A DNA stretch of 39,971 nucleotides from a virus (taxonomy: Duplodnaviria; Heunggongvirae; Uroviricota; Caudoviricetes): positions 1 to 39,971 of IMG/VR virus record IMGVR_UViG_2718218453_000003; one strand, 5' to 3'. The translations under genes were made by a program, and so were the position numbers. Each line of letters begins with the position of its first letter. Positions within the stretch are counted from its first letter, which is position 1. This document shows positions 8,081 to 15,717 of the stretch, one piece after another. The notes beneath the pieces were generated by a model. The model searched no databases. It had not been told where the DNA came from and worked only from the letters and a program-made list of their open reading frames with translations.

Positions 8081-9151
8081 ATGGCTAACGCCTGGCTCAG
8101 ATTATGGCATGACATGCCAAATGACCCTAAGTGGCGAACAATTGCCAGGGTGTCAGGGCAGCCAATTGCAACAGTGATGGCAGTGTATATCCACCTCCTG
8201 GTGAGCGCGTCACGAAATGTCACGCGAGGTCACATTGATGTCACGACAGAAGATTTAGCAAGTGCGCTCGACGTGACAGAAGAGGTAATTGATTCAATTT
8301 TGCAGACGATGCAGGGGCGGGTACTTGATGGTGATTTAATCACTGGATGGGAAAAACGCCAGGTGCTTAAAGAGGACAACGGCAATATTTCGCAAACCGC
8401 AAAATCTCCGGCAGAGCGCAAGAGGGCGCAGCGAGAGAGGGAAAGAAAGCGGGAACAAAATGGCGATTGTCACGGCGCGTCACGAAATGTCACGCACATG
8501 TCACGACGAGTCACGACAGATAAAGATACAGATAAAGATACAGATCAAGAAGATCAAAACACTATGGTCCATGGCGTAAAAAACGCCACGAACCAGGCAG
8601 GGGATGTTCAGACCGTCAATCCTGGTCAGCCAGCAGGCACGACACCGGAAGCCGATTCAGCGTATGCGCTGAAAGCCGATTCGGGCGCTGTGCAGCAGGT
8701 GATGACCCCAAGGCCGGAACAATCACACCAACTGCAGCAGCCTGAAGCCGATTTCGCCATTCAGCGGGAAGCCGATCGGGTAGTCCCGGAAAACACCGGG
8801 CTGTCTGTGGGACGAGTGGATTATCCGGATGTGTTCGAACAGGTCTGGCGGGAGTACCCGTTGCGTGCCGGAGCAAACCCGAAGAAATCCGCTTTCAGTG
8901 CATGGAAGGCCAGATTACGCGAGGGGGTGCCACCAGAGGCCATGCTGGATGGCGTGAGGCGTTACGCAAGATACTTGGCGGCTACCGGGAAAACGGGAAC
9001 GGAATTTGTTCAGCGAGCGACGACGTTTTTTGGACCGGACCGGAATTTTGAGAACCCCTGGTTGCTCCCGGTAAGCGGCACGAACAACCAGCGTTGTGTG
9101 AATCATATTTCTGAACCGGATAACGAAATTCCGCCGGGCTTCAGGGGGTAA
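8081..9151 (+). CDS. Replication initiation protein, lambda O-like role, YdaU-like N-terminus (356 aa from ATG 8081; GTG 8075 alternative)
   Basis: Position after cro/CII-like genes; gene body contains two iteron arrays and an AT-rich tract as in lambda O; GAGG RBS. Confidence 0.65.
   Translation: MANAWLRLWHDMPNDPKWRTIARVSGQPIATVMAVYIHLLVSASRNVTRGHIDVTTEDLASALDVTEEVIDSILQTMQGRVLDGDLITGWEKRQVLKEDNGNISQTAKSPAERKRAQRERERKREQNGDCHGASRNVTHMSRRVTTDKDTDKDTDQEDQNTMVHGVKNATNQAGDVQTVNPGQPAGTTPEADSAYALKADSGAVQQVMTPRPEQSHQLQQPEADFAIQREADRVVPENTGLSVGRVDYPDVFEQVWREYPLRAGANPKKSAFSAWKARLREGVPPEAMLDGVRRYARYLAATGKTGTEFVQRATTFFGPDRNFENPWLLPVSGTNNQRCVNHISEPDNEIPPGFRG
8210..8246. repeat. Iteron-like array 1: GTCACG/GTCACA at 8210, 8220, 8230, 8241 (10-11 bp phasing) inside the O-like gene
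   Basis: Direct repeats read in sequence. Confidence 0.6.
8469..8560. repeat. Iteron-like array 2: five GTCACG repeats at 8469, 8479, 8489, 8500, 8510 followed by AT-rich tandem GATAAAGATACA tract; candidate ori
   Basis: Direct repeats at helical periodicity followed by AT-rich tract. Confidence 0.6.
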
Positions 9152-9191
9152 GTGTTAATTTCTGGTCATGAGGTAATTTTCAGGAGGGCTT

Positions 9192-9428
9192 GTGGCAAAA
9201 GTTTTTACACAAGAAGAGCGGGAAAAAATTAAAGGACAGGTTGTTGAACTCGTACGCCAGAGTGGGCGCGAGACGTTACGACAACTGGAAACTAAAACTG
9301 GGGCAACAAGATATCTGATGAGCGAGATTAATTATCAGGAAGGGTATGAAACGGCGGGGCAAGCAAAACCAGTGGCATGGCGATATCGCTACGTGAAAAA
9401 AGGCGTTACGGACTTTCAGGGGAAGTAG
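9192..9428 (+). CDS. Hypothetical protein (78 aa, GTG start); reading frame continues past an in-frame TAG to 9632
   Basis: AGGAGG upstream of GTG; protein-like sequence continues in frame after the TAG at 9426..9428. Confidence 0.4.
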   Translation: MAKVFTQEEREKIKGQVVELVRQSGRETLRQLETKTGATRYLMSEINYQEGYETAGQAKPVAWRYRYVKKGVTDFQGK

Positions 9429-9802
9429 TGGTCTGGTGACTGGAAATATGTACCGAAAAAAGAGGATTGTAACGATAGGCCGAACTATGAAATTCAGGCC
9501 TTATTCACTGCCCCGCCAGTCCCGGTTACATCAGAAGAACTGGTTAAAGCTGTGCACTTTTATGAACAACTAAAACGCGAAAATCCACCAGCATCCGGAA
9601 ACCTGATTACAGATTCCCAGATAAGGCAATGAGCTACCTGGCGCAGAACGGGCTGATAAGTATGGGGAATGTTTTACGATGAATATTTAGACTAAAGAGT
9701 TTGTAACGCTATGTAAGTGATTTTTTCTGGTTTAGATATTTATATGTCCGGCCAAATTGAGGTGTGTTTAAATGTAATTGCACATTGATTGTAGGAGGAA
9801 TA

Positions 9803-9982
9803 ATGAAAAACGCATTGCAGTTTTTGTTTGTTGCGTTTTGGTTGTTCGTATCATGTATGCCCATCATCTTCACAGCAAGGTATATGGAAAAAGTTGATGT
9901 TTTGATATTAATATTTGGATATATAAATGCCCTTTTTTTAGGGGTGTTCATGGCGGTCATGTGCATTGAATACTGGCGGTAA
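9803..9982 (+). CDS. Small hydrophobic membrane protein (59 aa, two predicted TM segments) in AT-rich segment
   Basis: AGGAGG RBS 5 nt upstream of ATG; MKNALQFLFVAFWLFVSCMPIIFTARYMEKVDVLILIFGYINALFLGVFMAVMCIEYWR. Confidence 0.55.
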   Translation: MKNALQFLFVAFWLFVSCMPIIFTARYMEKVDVLILIFGYINALFLGVFMAVMCIEYWR

Positions 9983-10037
9983 ATACAGCGAACGCCATTG
10001 GTTTAGTTGGATATTTACTGTGCCGGACAAAAACGGT

Positions 10038-10065
10038 TTGCGGGGAAATCTTAGTTAAGTAGAAT
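10038..10065 (+). promoter_or_regulatory. Candidate hok mRNA promoter (-35 TTGCGG, 16-nt spacer, -10 TAGAAT)
   Basis: Hexamers read in sequence; predicted 5' end coincides with element complementary to the mRNA 3' end. Confidence 0.4.
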
Positions 10066-10124
10066 GACTGCGGGTGCTTGAGGCTATCTGTCTCAGGCAT
10101 GAACACCAAAGGCAGATAGAGAAA

Positions 10125-10204
10125 AGCCCCAGTTAACATTACGCGTCCTGCAAGACGCTTAACATTAATCTGAGGCTCAATCTATGAACGGCAAATCTAG
10201 GTTA
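10125..10204 (-). ncRNA. Putative Sok-like antisense RNA region (candidate promoter -35 TTGCCT 10227..10222, -10 TAACCT 10204..10199) overlapping the mok SD and start
   Basis: Promoter-like hexamers with 17-nt spacer antisense to the mok initiation region; boundaries not determined. Confidence 0.3.
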
Positions 10205-10396
10205 GCCTCTTACGTGCCGAAAGGCAAGGAGAAGCAGGCTATGAAGCAGCAAAAGGCGATGTTAATCGCCCTGATCGTCATCTGTTTAACCGTCATAGTG
10301 ACGGCACTGGTAACGAGGAAAGACCTCTGCGAGGTACGAATCCGAACCGGCCAGACGGAGGTCGCTGTCTTCACAGCTTACGAACCTGAGGAGTAA
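10184..10396 (+). CDS. mok: Mok-like reading frame (70 aa), in-frame N-terminal extension of hok
   Basis: ATG with GAGG RBS; same-frame arrangement as recalled mokC/hokC. Confidence 0.55.
   Translation: MNGKSRLASYVPKGKEKQAMKQQKAMLIALIVICLTVIVTALVTRKDLCEVRIRTGQTEVAVFTAYEPEE
10241..10396 (+). CDS. hok: Hok/Gef-family type I toxin (51 aa), closest to recalled HokD/RelF
   Basis: MKQQKAMLIALIVICLTVIVTALVTRKDLCEVRIRTGQTEVAVFTAYEPEE; TM helix plus conserved RKDLCEV...TGQTEVAVF core. Confidence 0.85.
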   Translation: MKQQKAMLIALIVICLTVIVTALVTRKDLCEVRIRTGQTEVAVFTAYEPEE

Positions 10397-10466
10397 GAGA
10401 CCCGGCGAGGGAGAAATCCCTCGCCACCTCTGATGTGGCAGGCATCCTCAACGCACCCGCACTTAA

Positions 10467-10491
10467 CCCGCTTCGGCGGGTTTTGTTTTTT
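10467..10491 (+). terminator. Rho-independent terminator of the hok transcript (CCCGC-TTCG-GCGGG plus T-run)
   Basis: Hairpin plus TTTTGTTTTTT read in sequence. Confidence 0.7.
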
Positions 10492-10563
10492 CCTAGCATT
10501 CTGGTTTACAATTCGCACGCCAGCCTGAACAACTGGCACCTGCTGCGCCAGCAGAGACAACCG

Positions 10564-10842
10564 ATGGCGCACGATACCAAATTACACAATTCTGATGATT
10601 CTGCCGTCTTTGCCAGCAGGCACGGGCGGCGTTCCCGCACTTTCAAATCTGACTGGTTCCAGCATCCCCCATGCACTGAAGAACAGGCCGAGTGGCTAAT
10701 TCAGTGCTACCGCAGACACGGATACGAGATTAAGAAAGCCCTCAGCCTCGATTATCGTCACTGGATAATCTCCGTCAGGCTTCCTTACTCCGAACGCCCA
10801 CCGCGTCCGTCCCGCACATTCCAGCAACGCATCTGGAGGTAA
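10564..10842 (+). CDS. Hypothetical protein (92 aa); occupies the Qin rem slot between hok and ydfU-like gene
   Basis: First in-frame ATG downstream of the hok terminator; stop abuts DUF968 gene start. Confidence 0.5.
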   Translation: MAHDTKLHNSDDSAVFASRHGRRSRTFKSDWFQHPPCTEEQAEWLIQCYRRHGYEIKKALSLDYRHWIISVRLPYSERPPRPSRTFQQRIWR

Positions 10843-10843
10843 C

Positions 10844-11893
10844 GTGCGGGTATTACTTCGACCTGTTCTGGTACCGGAACTCGGGCTGGTGGTCGTTAAG
10901 CCGGGCCGTGAATCCATGCCGGTATTCCACAATACCCGGGTACTGGTGGAGCCGGAACCGAAAAGCATGCGTAATCTGCCGTCCGGGGTCGTTACTGCCG
11001 TTCGCCAGCCGCTGGTGGAAGACAAAACATTGCTGCCGTTTTTCAGTAACGCACGGGTAATTCGTGCTGCTGGTGGTGCTGGTGCATTGTCTGACTGGCT
11101 GTTGCGCCATATTAAATCCTGCCAGTGGCCACACGGCGATTATCATCACAGCGAAACCGTCATTCACCGTTATGGTACCGGCGCAATGGTGTTGTGCTGG
11201 CACTGCGACAACCAGCTGCGTGACCAGACATCCGAATCACTCGAGCAACTTGCTCATCAAAACCTGTCAGCATGGATGATTGACGTCATCGGTCACGCAA
11301 TAAGCGGTACGCAGGAGCGTGAATTATCTTTGGCTGAATTATCCTGGTGGGCGGTCCGCAATCAGGTGGCGGACGCGCTACCGGAAGCGGTATTACGTCG
11401 TTCGCTGGGGTTGCGTGCGGAAAAAATCCGCTCAATGTACCGTGAAAGCGACATCGTACCGGGAGAGCAGACCGCCACCAGCATACTGAAACAGCGCACA
11501 AAAAATCTTGCACTGTTGCCTCACGCCCACCAGCAACAGAACCCACCACAGGAAAAGACGGTGGTCAGCATTGCCGTTGATCCTGAGTCTCCGGAATCTT
11601 TCATGAAACGACCTAAACGTCGCCGTTGGGTTAACGAGAAATACACACGCTGGGTGAAGACACAGCCGTGTGCGTGTTGTGGTAAGCCAGCCGACGATCC
11701 CCATCACCTGATTGGTCATGGTCAGGGCGGAATGGGGACAAAATCTCACGATATTTTCATGCTACCGCTGTGTCGGGAGCATCACAACGAGCTTCATGCG
11801 GATCCGCTGGCGTTCGAAGAAAAGCATGGTTCTCAGGTTGATTTAATTTTTCGTTTTCTTGATCACGCCTTTGCAACTGGCGTGCTTGGGTAA
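10844..11893 (+). CDS. ydfU: DUF968-family protein (YdfU-like, 349 aa) with C-terminal Cys/His-rich HNH-like motif
   Basis: GGAGG RBS before GTG; C-terminal CACCGKPADDPHHLIGHG...LCREHHNELH; length and position match recalled Qin ydfU. Confidence 0.7.
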   Translation: MRVLLRPVLVPELGLVVVKPGRESMPVFHNTRVLVEPEPKSMRNLPSGVVTAVRQPLVEDKTLLPFFSNARVIRAAGGAGALSDWLLRHIKSCQWPHGDYHHSETVIHRYGTGAMVLCWHCDNQLRDQTSESLEQLAHQNLSAWMIDVIGHAISGTQERELSLAELSWWAVRNQVADALPEAVLRRSLGLRAEKIRSMYRESDIVPGEQTATSILKQRTKNLALLPHAHQQQNPPQEKTVVSIAVDPESPESFMKRPKRRRWVNEKYTRWVKTQPCACCGKPADDPHHLIGHGQGGMGTKSHDIFMLPLCREHHNELHADPLAFEEKHGSQVDLIFRFLDHAFATGVLG

Positions 11894-11905
11894 AAGAGGT
11901 GACTG

Positions 11906-12262
11906 ATGCTCATAGATTTGGTTTTACCTTACCCGCCGACGGTGAACACTTACTGGCGACGCCGTGGCAGCACATATTTTATCTCGGAGGAGGGAAAGCG
12001 TTATCGCCGGGCTGTGGCGCTTATTGTTCGCCAGCAGCGGCTGAAATTAAGCCTGTCCGGAAGGCTGGCGATAAAGGTGATTGCAGAGCCACCGGATAAG
12101 CGTCGTCGCGACCTGGACAATATCCTGAAAGCACCGCTGGATGCGCTGACGCATGCGGGAGTGTTAATGGACGATGAGCAGTTTGATGAAATCAATATCG
12201 TTCGTGGTCAGCCAGTATCTGGTGGACGTCTGGGGGTGAAGATTTACCCCATAATGCATTAA
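11906..12262 (+). CDS. rusA: RusA-family Holliday junction resolvase (118 aa)
   Basis: PPTVNTYWRRRG...DKRRRDLDNILKAPLDALTHAGVLMDDEQ matches RusA pattern; AAGAGGTGA RBS. Confidence 0.85.
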   Translation: MLIDLVLPYPPTVNTYWRRRGSTYFISEEGKRYRRAVALIVRQQRLKLSLSGRLAIKVIAEPPDKRRRDLDNILKAPLDALTHAGVLMDDEQFDEINIVRGQPVSGGRLGVKIYPIMH

Positions 12263-12276
12263 GAGCAGGTCAAAAA

Positions 12277-13098
12277 ATGAAACTGGAAGATTTACCGAAA
12301 TACTACTCCCCAAAATCCCCTGGCCTGACCGATGCATCGGCCTCAACGTCAAAAGATGCGCTGAGTATCACTGATGTGATGGCCGCGCAGGGCATGACAC
12401 AGAATCGGGCTGAGATGGGTTTTTCTGCGTTCCTGGGGAAAATGGGCATCAGTATGAATGACAGGGCGCGGGCAACAGAATTACTGGCAGATTATGCACT
12501 CAGTCGGTGCGATCGTGTGGCTGCGTTGAGAAAACTTCCGGCAGAAATAAAACCGGTAGTGATGCGCATTATGGCTTCGTACGCTTTTGAGGATTATGCC
12601 CGCAGCGCAGCGAGTAAAAAGCAGTGCCCTTGTTGCTATGGGGAAAAATTTATTGAAAGCGTAGTTTTTACAAACAAGGTCCAGTATCCGGATGGTAAGC
12701 CGCCGGTATGGGCAAAGTGTACGAAAGGTGTGTATCCGTCTTACTGGGAAGAATGGAAAAAAGTCAGGGAGGTGGTAAAAGTTGCCTGTCCGGAGTGTGG
12801 CGGAAAGGGTGAGGTTTCCACCGCCTGTAAGGATTGCCGTGGGCGTGGTGTCGCCATTCATCGTGAAGAGTCGGTAAAACGTGGTATGCCTGTTATCAGA
12901 GACTGCCAGCGTTGTGGTGGTCGTGGCTATGAAAGACTACCATCAACGGAGGCATTTAATGCTATATGCGAGGTGACAAACCAGATAACACGCGCGTCAT
13001 GGGAAAAAACAGTTAAGAAATTCTATGATGCGCTGGTGACCCGGTTTGATATTGAAGAAGCATGGGCTGAGCGGCAGTTAAAAAAGGTAACTAGGTAA
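12277..13098 (+). CDS. Late-gene antitermination protein Q (273 aa) with Cys-rich zinc-finger repeats
   Basis: Position upstream of late promoter and tRNAs; CPCC, CPECGGKGE, CKDCRGRG, CQRCGGRG motifs. Confidence 0.75.
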   Translation: MKLEDLPKYYSPKSPGLTDASASTSKDALSITDVMAAQGMTQNRAEMGFSAFLGKMGISMNDRARATELLADYALSRCDRVAALRKLPAEIKPVVMRIMASYAFEDYARSAASKKQCPCCYGEKFIESVVFTNKVQYPDGKPPVWAKCTKGVYPSYWEEWKKVREVVKVACPECGGKGEVSTACKDCRGRGVAIHREESVKRGMPVIRDCQRCGGRGYERLPSTEAFNAICEVTNQITRASWEKTVKKFYDALVTRFDIEEAWAERQLKKVTR

Positions 13099-13103
13099 CA
13101 AGG

Positions 13104-13131
13104 TTGATTTTTCCGGAATCTGTGGTAAATT
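13104..13131 (+). promoter_or_regulatory. Candidate late promoter PR' (-35 TTGATT, 16-nt spacer, -10 TAAATT)
   Basis: Hexamers immediately downstream of Q stop. Confidence 0.5.
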
Positions 13132-13179
13132 CGTCATAACGATGGGCTTTTTATGCCTGACGTTAGAAGAGTTTCTACA

Positions 13180-13205
13180 ACCCGCCGCCGAGCGGGTTTT
13201 TTATT
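13180..13205 (+). terminator. Candidate tR' terminator (ACCCGC-CGCCGA-GCGGGT plus TTTTTTATT)
   Basis: Hairpin plus T-run about 50 nt downstream of the PR' -10. Confidence 0.6.
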
Positions 13206-13241
13206 GCGGAATTAATTACGGACCGTTATTATTCTGCTCCC

Positions 13242-13317
13242 GGCCCTTTAGCTCAGTGGTGAGAGCGAGCGACTCATAATCGCCAGGTCGCTGGTTCAAA
13301 TCCAGCAAGGGCCACCA
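13242..13317 (+). tRNA. tRNA with CAT anticodon, ileX/ileZ-like (tRNA-Ile2, formally Met by anticodon), 76 nt with CCA
   Basis: Cloverleaf checked by hand: acceptor GGCCCTT/AAGGGCC, D-stem GCTC/GAGC, T-arm GCTGG-TTCAAAT-CCAGC, anticodon loop CTCATAA. Confidence 0.85.
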
Positions 13318-13417
13318 TCACAAACCGCCATTAGCTTATCAGGAAGAGCAGACGACACGATAACAGGGTTGTTGGTGCGGGGGCGGGTCCCCGATGGCGG
13401 TCCATTATCGGTATTCA

Positions 13418-13491
13418 GCGTTGTTAGCTCAGCCGGACAGAGCAATTGCCTTCTAAGCAATCGGTCACTGGTTCGAATCCAGTACAGCGCG
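13418..13491 (+). tRNA. tRNA-Arg (anticodon TCT), 74 nt, no encoded CCA
   Basis: Cloverleaf checked by hand: acceptor GCGTTGT/ACAGCGC, anticodon stem ATTGC/GCAAT, loop CTTCTAA, T-arm ACTGG-TTCGAAT-CCAGT. Confidence 0.85.
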
Positions 13492-13631
13492 CTATATTCA
13501 TTCTTCCAGATTCCTTCCGGCAGAGCCTTATACTGAAATATACCTGGCTCAGGATATTGTTGAAAATATTTTATGTTTGTCAAAAATAAAAGTTCTGTTA
13601 AGTATTGATTGAGTGTTTGTTATACGGTCTA

Positions 13632-13958
13632 ATGGTTTTTTCAGCATTAAATATTTATCATTCATATGGTGTGGGTAGAGTGAATATTGATGAGGCGTCG
13701 GGGTGTTTCATCCTTAGGCAGCGTATTGATATAGTCAATGCAGGACGAGCAAAGGCCTTCAGCCGTTTGACAGTTTTGTTCTGTACTCCTGATCGTCTTT
13801 CGGGAAGAGACGTTATTATTCTGAATAGTGATGCTATACAGAGGGTTTGCGATGAGTTCATGGTTGCTAATTCAGAATTATTTGCTCTTGTTCAGGAGTA
13901 CAACAGAATAGCCAGTACCTGTGGTATGGATGAACTTCGGATTACTCATCTGGGGTAG
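13632..13958 (+). CDS. Hypothetical protein in AT-rich island (108 aa from first ATG; start uncertain, ORF track begins at TTG 13605)
   Basis: Long ORF with helical-looking C-terminus; no recognised family; an antisense ORF 13658..13861 also exists. Confidence 0.35.
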   Translation: MVFSALNIYHSYGVGRVNIDEASGCFILRQRIDIVNAGRAKAFSRLTVLFCTPDRLSGRDVIILNSDAIQRVCDEFMVANSELFALVQEYNRIASTCGMDELRITHLG

Positions 13959-14037
13959 ATACATATCTGGATTATCACTTGTTACGGTAAAAAGTGATTG
14001 CTTACTGTTTTTGTGAGTGGCATTGCAGCAGCCGGAT

Positions 14038-14124
14038 AATGTCAGTGCTGGCTGACGGTGTGCTGGTGGCGGGTGTGGTGGTTGTTGCTTTCCCGTTGCT
14101 GAAAAAGAAAACGCCAGACTGTTA
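14038..14124 (+). CDS. Candidate 28-aa hydrophobic peptide MSVLADGVLVAGVVVVAFPLLKKKTPDC
   Basis: Hand translation; hydrophobic core with polybasic tail; weak RBS; speculative. Confidence 0.2.
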
Positions 14125-14348
14125 GCCGGGTATCAGTTAGCGGGAGAAATTTTTAAATACTTCACAATTCAGGCGGTTGACTGTTGTCTGGTTTGCGGGG
14201 AGTTTGTTAAAAGAAACTGGCATGGTGAATCCCCCTGTGCGGAGGGGCAATCAGCGAGTAGGTATATGGGATAATCGCGAATTCAGGTGCTGGTACTGAA
14301 TTCACCGGGAGGCACCCGGCACCATGCAATGGCACATAGCGCCACTCT

Positions 14349-14380
14349 CCAGCCCCTCTCCGGAGGGGCTGTTTATATTG
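14349..14380 (+). terminator. Rho-independent terminator (CAGCCCCTC-TCCG-GAGGGGCTG plus TTTATATTGATTTT)
   Basis: 9-bp GC stem, 4-nt loop, T-rich tail. Confidence 0.6.
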
Positions 14381-14405
14381 ATTTTGTCAGATGTGAGTAA
14401 ACTCC

Positions 14406-14741
14406 TTATGGACTTTGTTGTTTTAGTCCATAAGGACATATTTGCAGAATGCAACGGTTATTAAAGCATTCATTCAATACGTTATCTGTATTTGTAGGGC
14501 ATTCCTGGCTGTTTTTGATTAAATTCCAGAATGTTTTATTGAATGGTACTACGTTGTAAATGGTTACAGGTAGCACTTTGTTATTGAGCATGATACCTGT
14601 GTGAGTCAGTGTAAATATACTTTCAGGAGGTAAGAAAGCATCCGATTGATACCAGATTATTAATTTTACTTTACTCCATATGACTGAAAAAGATATTCCG
14701 CATGATGGCTGGATAACTGTATCAATCACAATCCACTTCAT
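14406..14741 (-). CDS. Hypothetical protein (111 aa) in AT-rich island, convergent with the 13632 ORF
   Basis: AGGAA RBS 5 nt upstream of ATG; promoter-like TTTACA / TATACT upstream on minus strand; no recognised family. Confidence 0.55.
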   Translation of the reverse strand: MKWIVIDTVIQPSCGISFSVIWSKVKLIIWYQSDAFLPPESIFTLTHTGIMLNNKVLPVTIYNVVPFNKTFWNLIKNSQECPTNTDNVLNECFNNRCILQICPYGLKQQSP

Positions 14742-15001
14742 TTAGTTTCCTTGTTTATGCCTTGCTGGTGATGTTCTGAAAAGTATAAATGATATTTTTG
14801 AATGTAAACCATAGAGCAGAATTATTTTTCTGATGTTGTTTATTGTTTATTTAAATGCAGGGTGGTTTATATCTCGTCTTGTAGTTTATCCATGCATATC
14901 TGCTTGATAATCAAGTTTTTATTTAAGGTATGGTTTTGTGTTTTTTCTGTATTACATGTCAGGTATTTTAAAGAATTATTTTTCAGATGGTGGAAAGAAC
15001 C

Positions 15002-15190
15002 ATGGCATTTAAACACTATGATGTTGTCAGGGCGGCGGCGCCGTCAGATCTTGCGGAAAAGCTGACACATAAACTGAAAGAGGGCTGGCAGCCGTTTGGT
15101 AGTCCGGTGGCCATAACCCCTTATACCCTGATGCAGGCGATTGCAGCAGAAGGTGATGTGGTGGTCAGTGGTGCAACTGAGCCGGAGTGA
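15002..15190 (+). CDS. DUF1737-like small protein (62 aa) typical of the slot upstream of lambdoid holins
   Basis: MAFKHYDVVRAAAPSDLAEKLTHKLKEGWQPFG; position immediately upstream of holin. Confidence 0.6.
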   Translation: MAFKHYDVVRAAAPSDLAEKLTHKLKEGWQPFGSPVAITPYTLMQAIAAEGDVVVSGATEPE

Positions 15191-15497
15191 TACTACGTCA
15201 TCGTACTGGCCCGGCATTCCAGGCCATAAAAGACGGTCTGGCAGTGAGACTAAATGCACTGACGCTGACGGATATTACCAAAAATGCAACGTATGGCGTT
15301 GAGATAGAAAGTCTGGTGCTGGAGATAAATACACCGGCATCATCATAAAAAGTGAGCCAGTCAAATGGAAGGTATCGTTAAACTCACCGGTAGTGTCAGT
15401 GGATCGTCTGAGACGCTTGCATGAGTTATCAGAGCCATCAGTAGTTAACTGGTGGCTTTTTTATTGTTGTCAGCTTCCGGATAACGGGAGACGGGGT

Positions 15498-15713
15498 ATG
15501 GACCAGATGGAAAAAATCACAACAGGTGTGTCATACACCACGTCAGCGGTGGGAACGGGCTACTGGTTCCTGCAGTTGCTGGACAGGGTTTCCCCGTCTC
15601 AGTGGGCGGCAATAGGCGTGCTGGGGAGTCTGCTGTTTGGGCTGCTGACATATCTGACTAACCTGTATTTCAAAATCAGAGAGGACCGTCGTAAGGCGGC
15701 ACGGGGAGAGTAA
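15498..15713 (+). CDS. Phage-21-type pinholin (S21-like class II holin, 71 aa) with dual-start motif
   Basis: ...[55 protein letters not shown] closely matches recalled S21; two TM segments. Confidence 0.85.
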   Translation: MDQMEKITTGVSYTTSAVGTGYWFLQLLDRVSPSQWAAIGVLGSLLFGLLTYLTNLYFKIREDRRKAARGE

Positions 15714-15717
15714 TTCA

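Noticed and set aside
13318-13417. Possible third tRNA between the two tRNAs
   Set aside because: No acceptor stem, T-loop (GGTTCGAATCC-like) or anticodon arm could be folded by hand; at most a decayed remnant.
13500-15000. Shiga toxin or another known AB5 toxin in the slot where Stx phages carry stxAB
   Set aside because: No ORF pair of the right size (about 315 aa A subunit plus about 89 aa B subunit with signal peptides); the ORFs present are unrelated in sequence.
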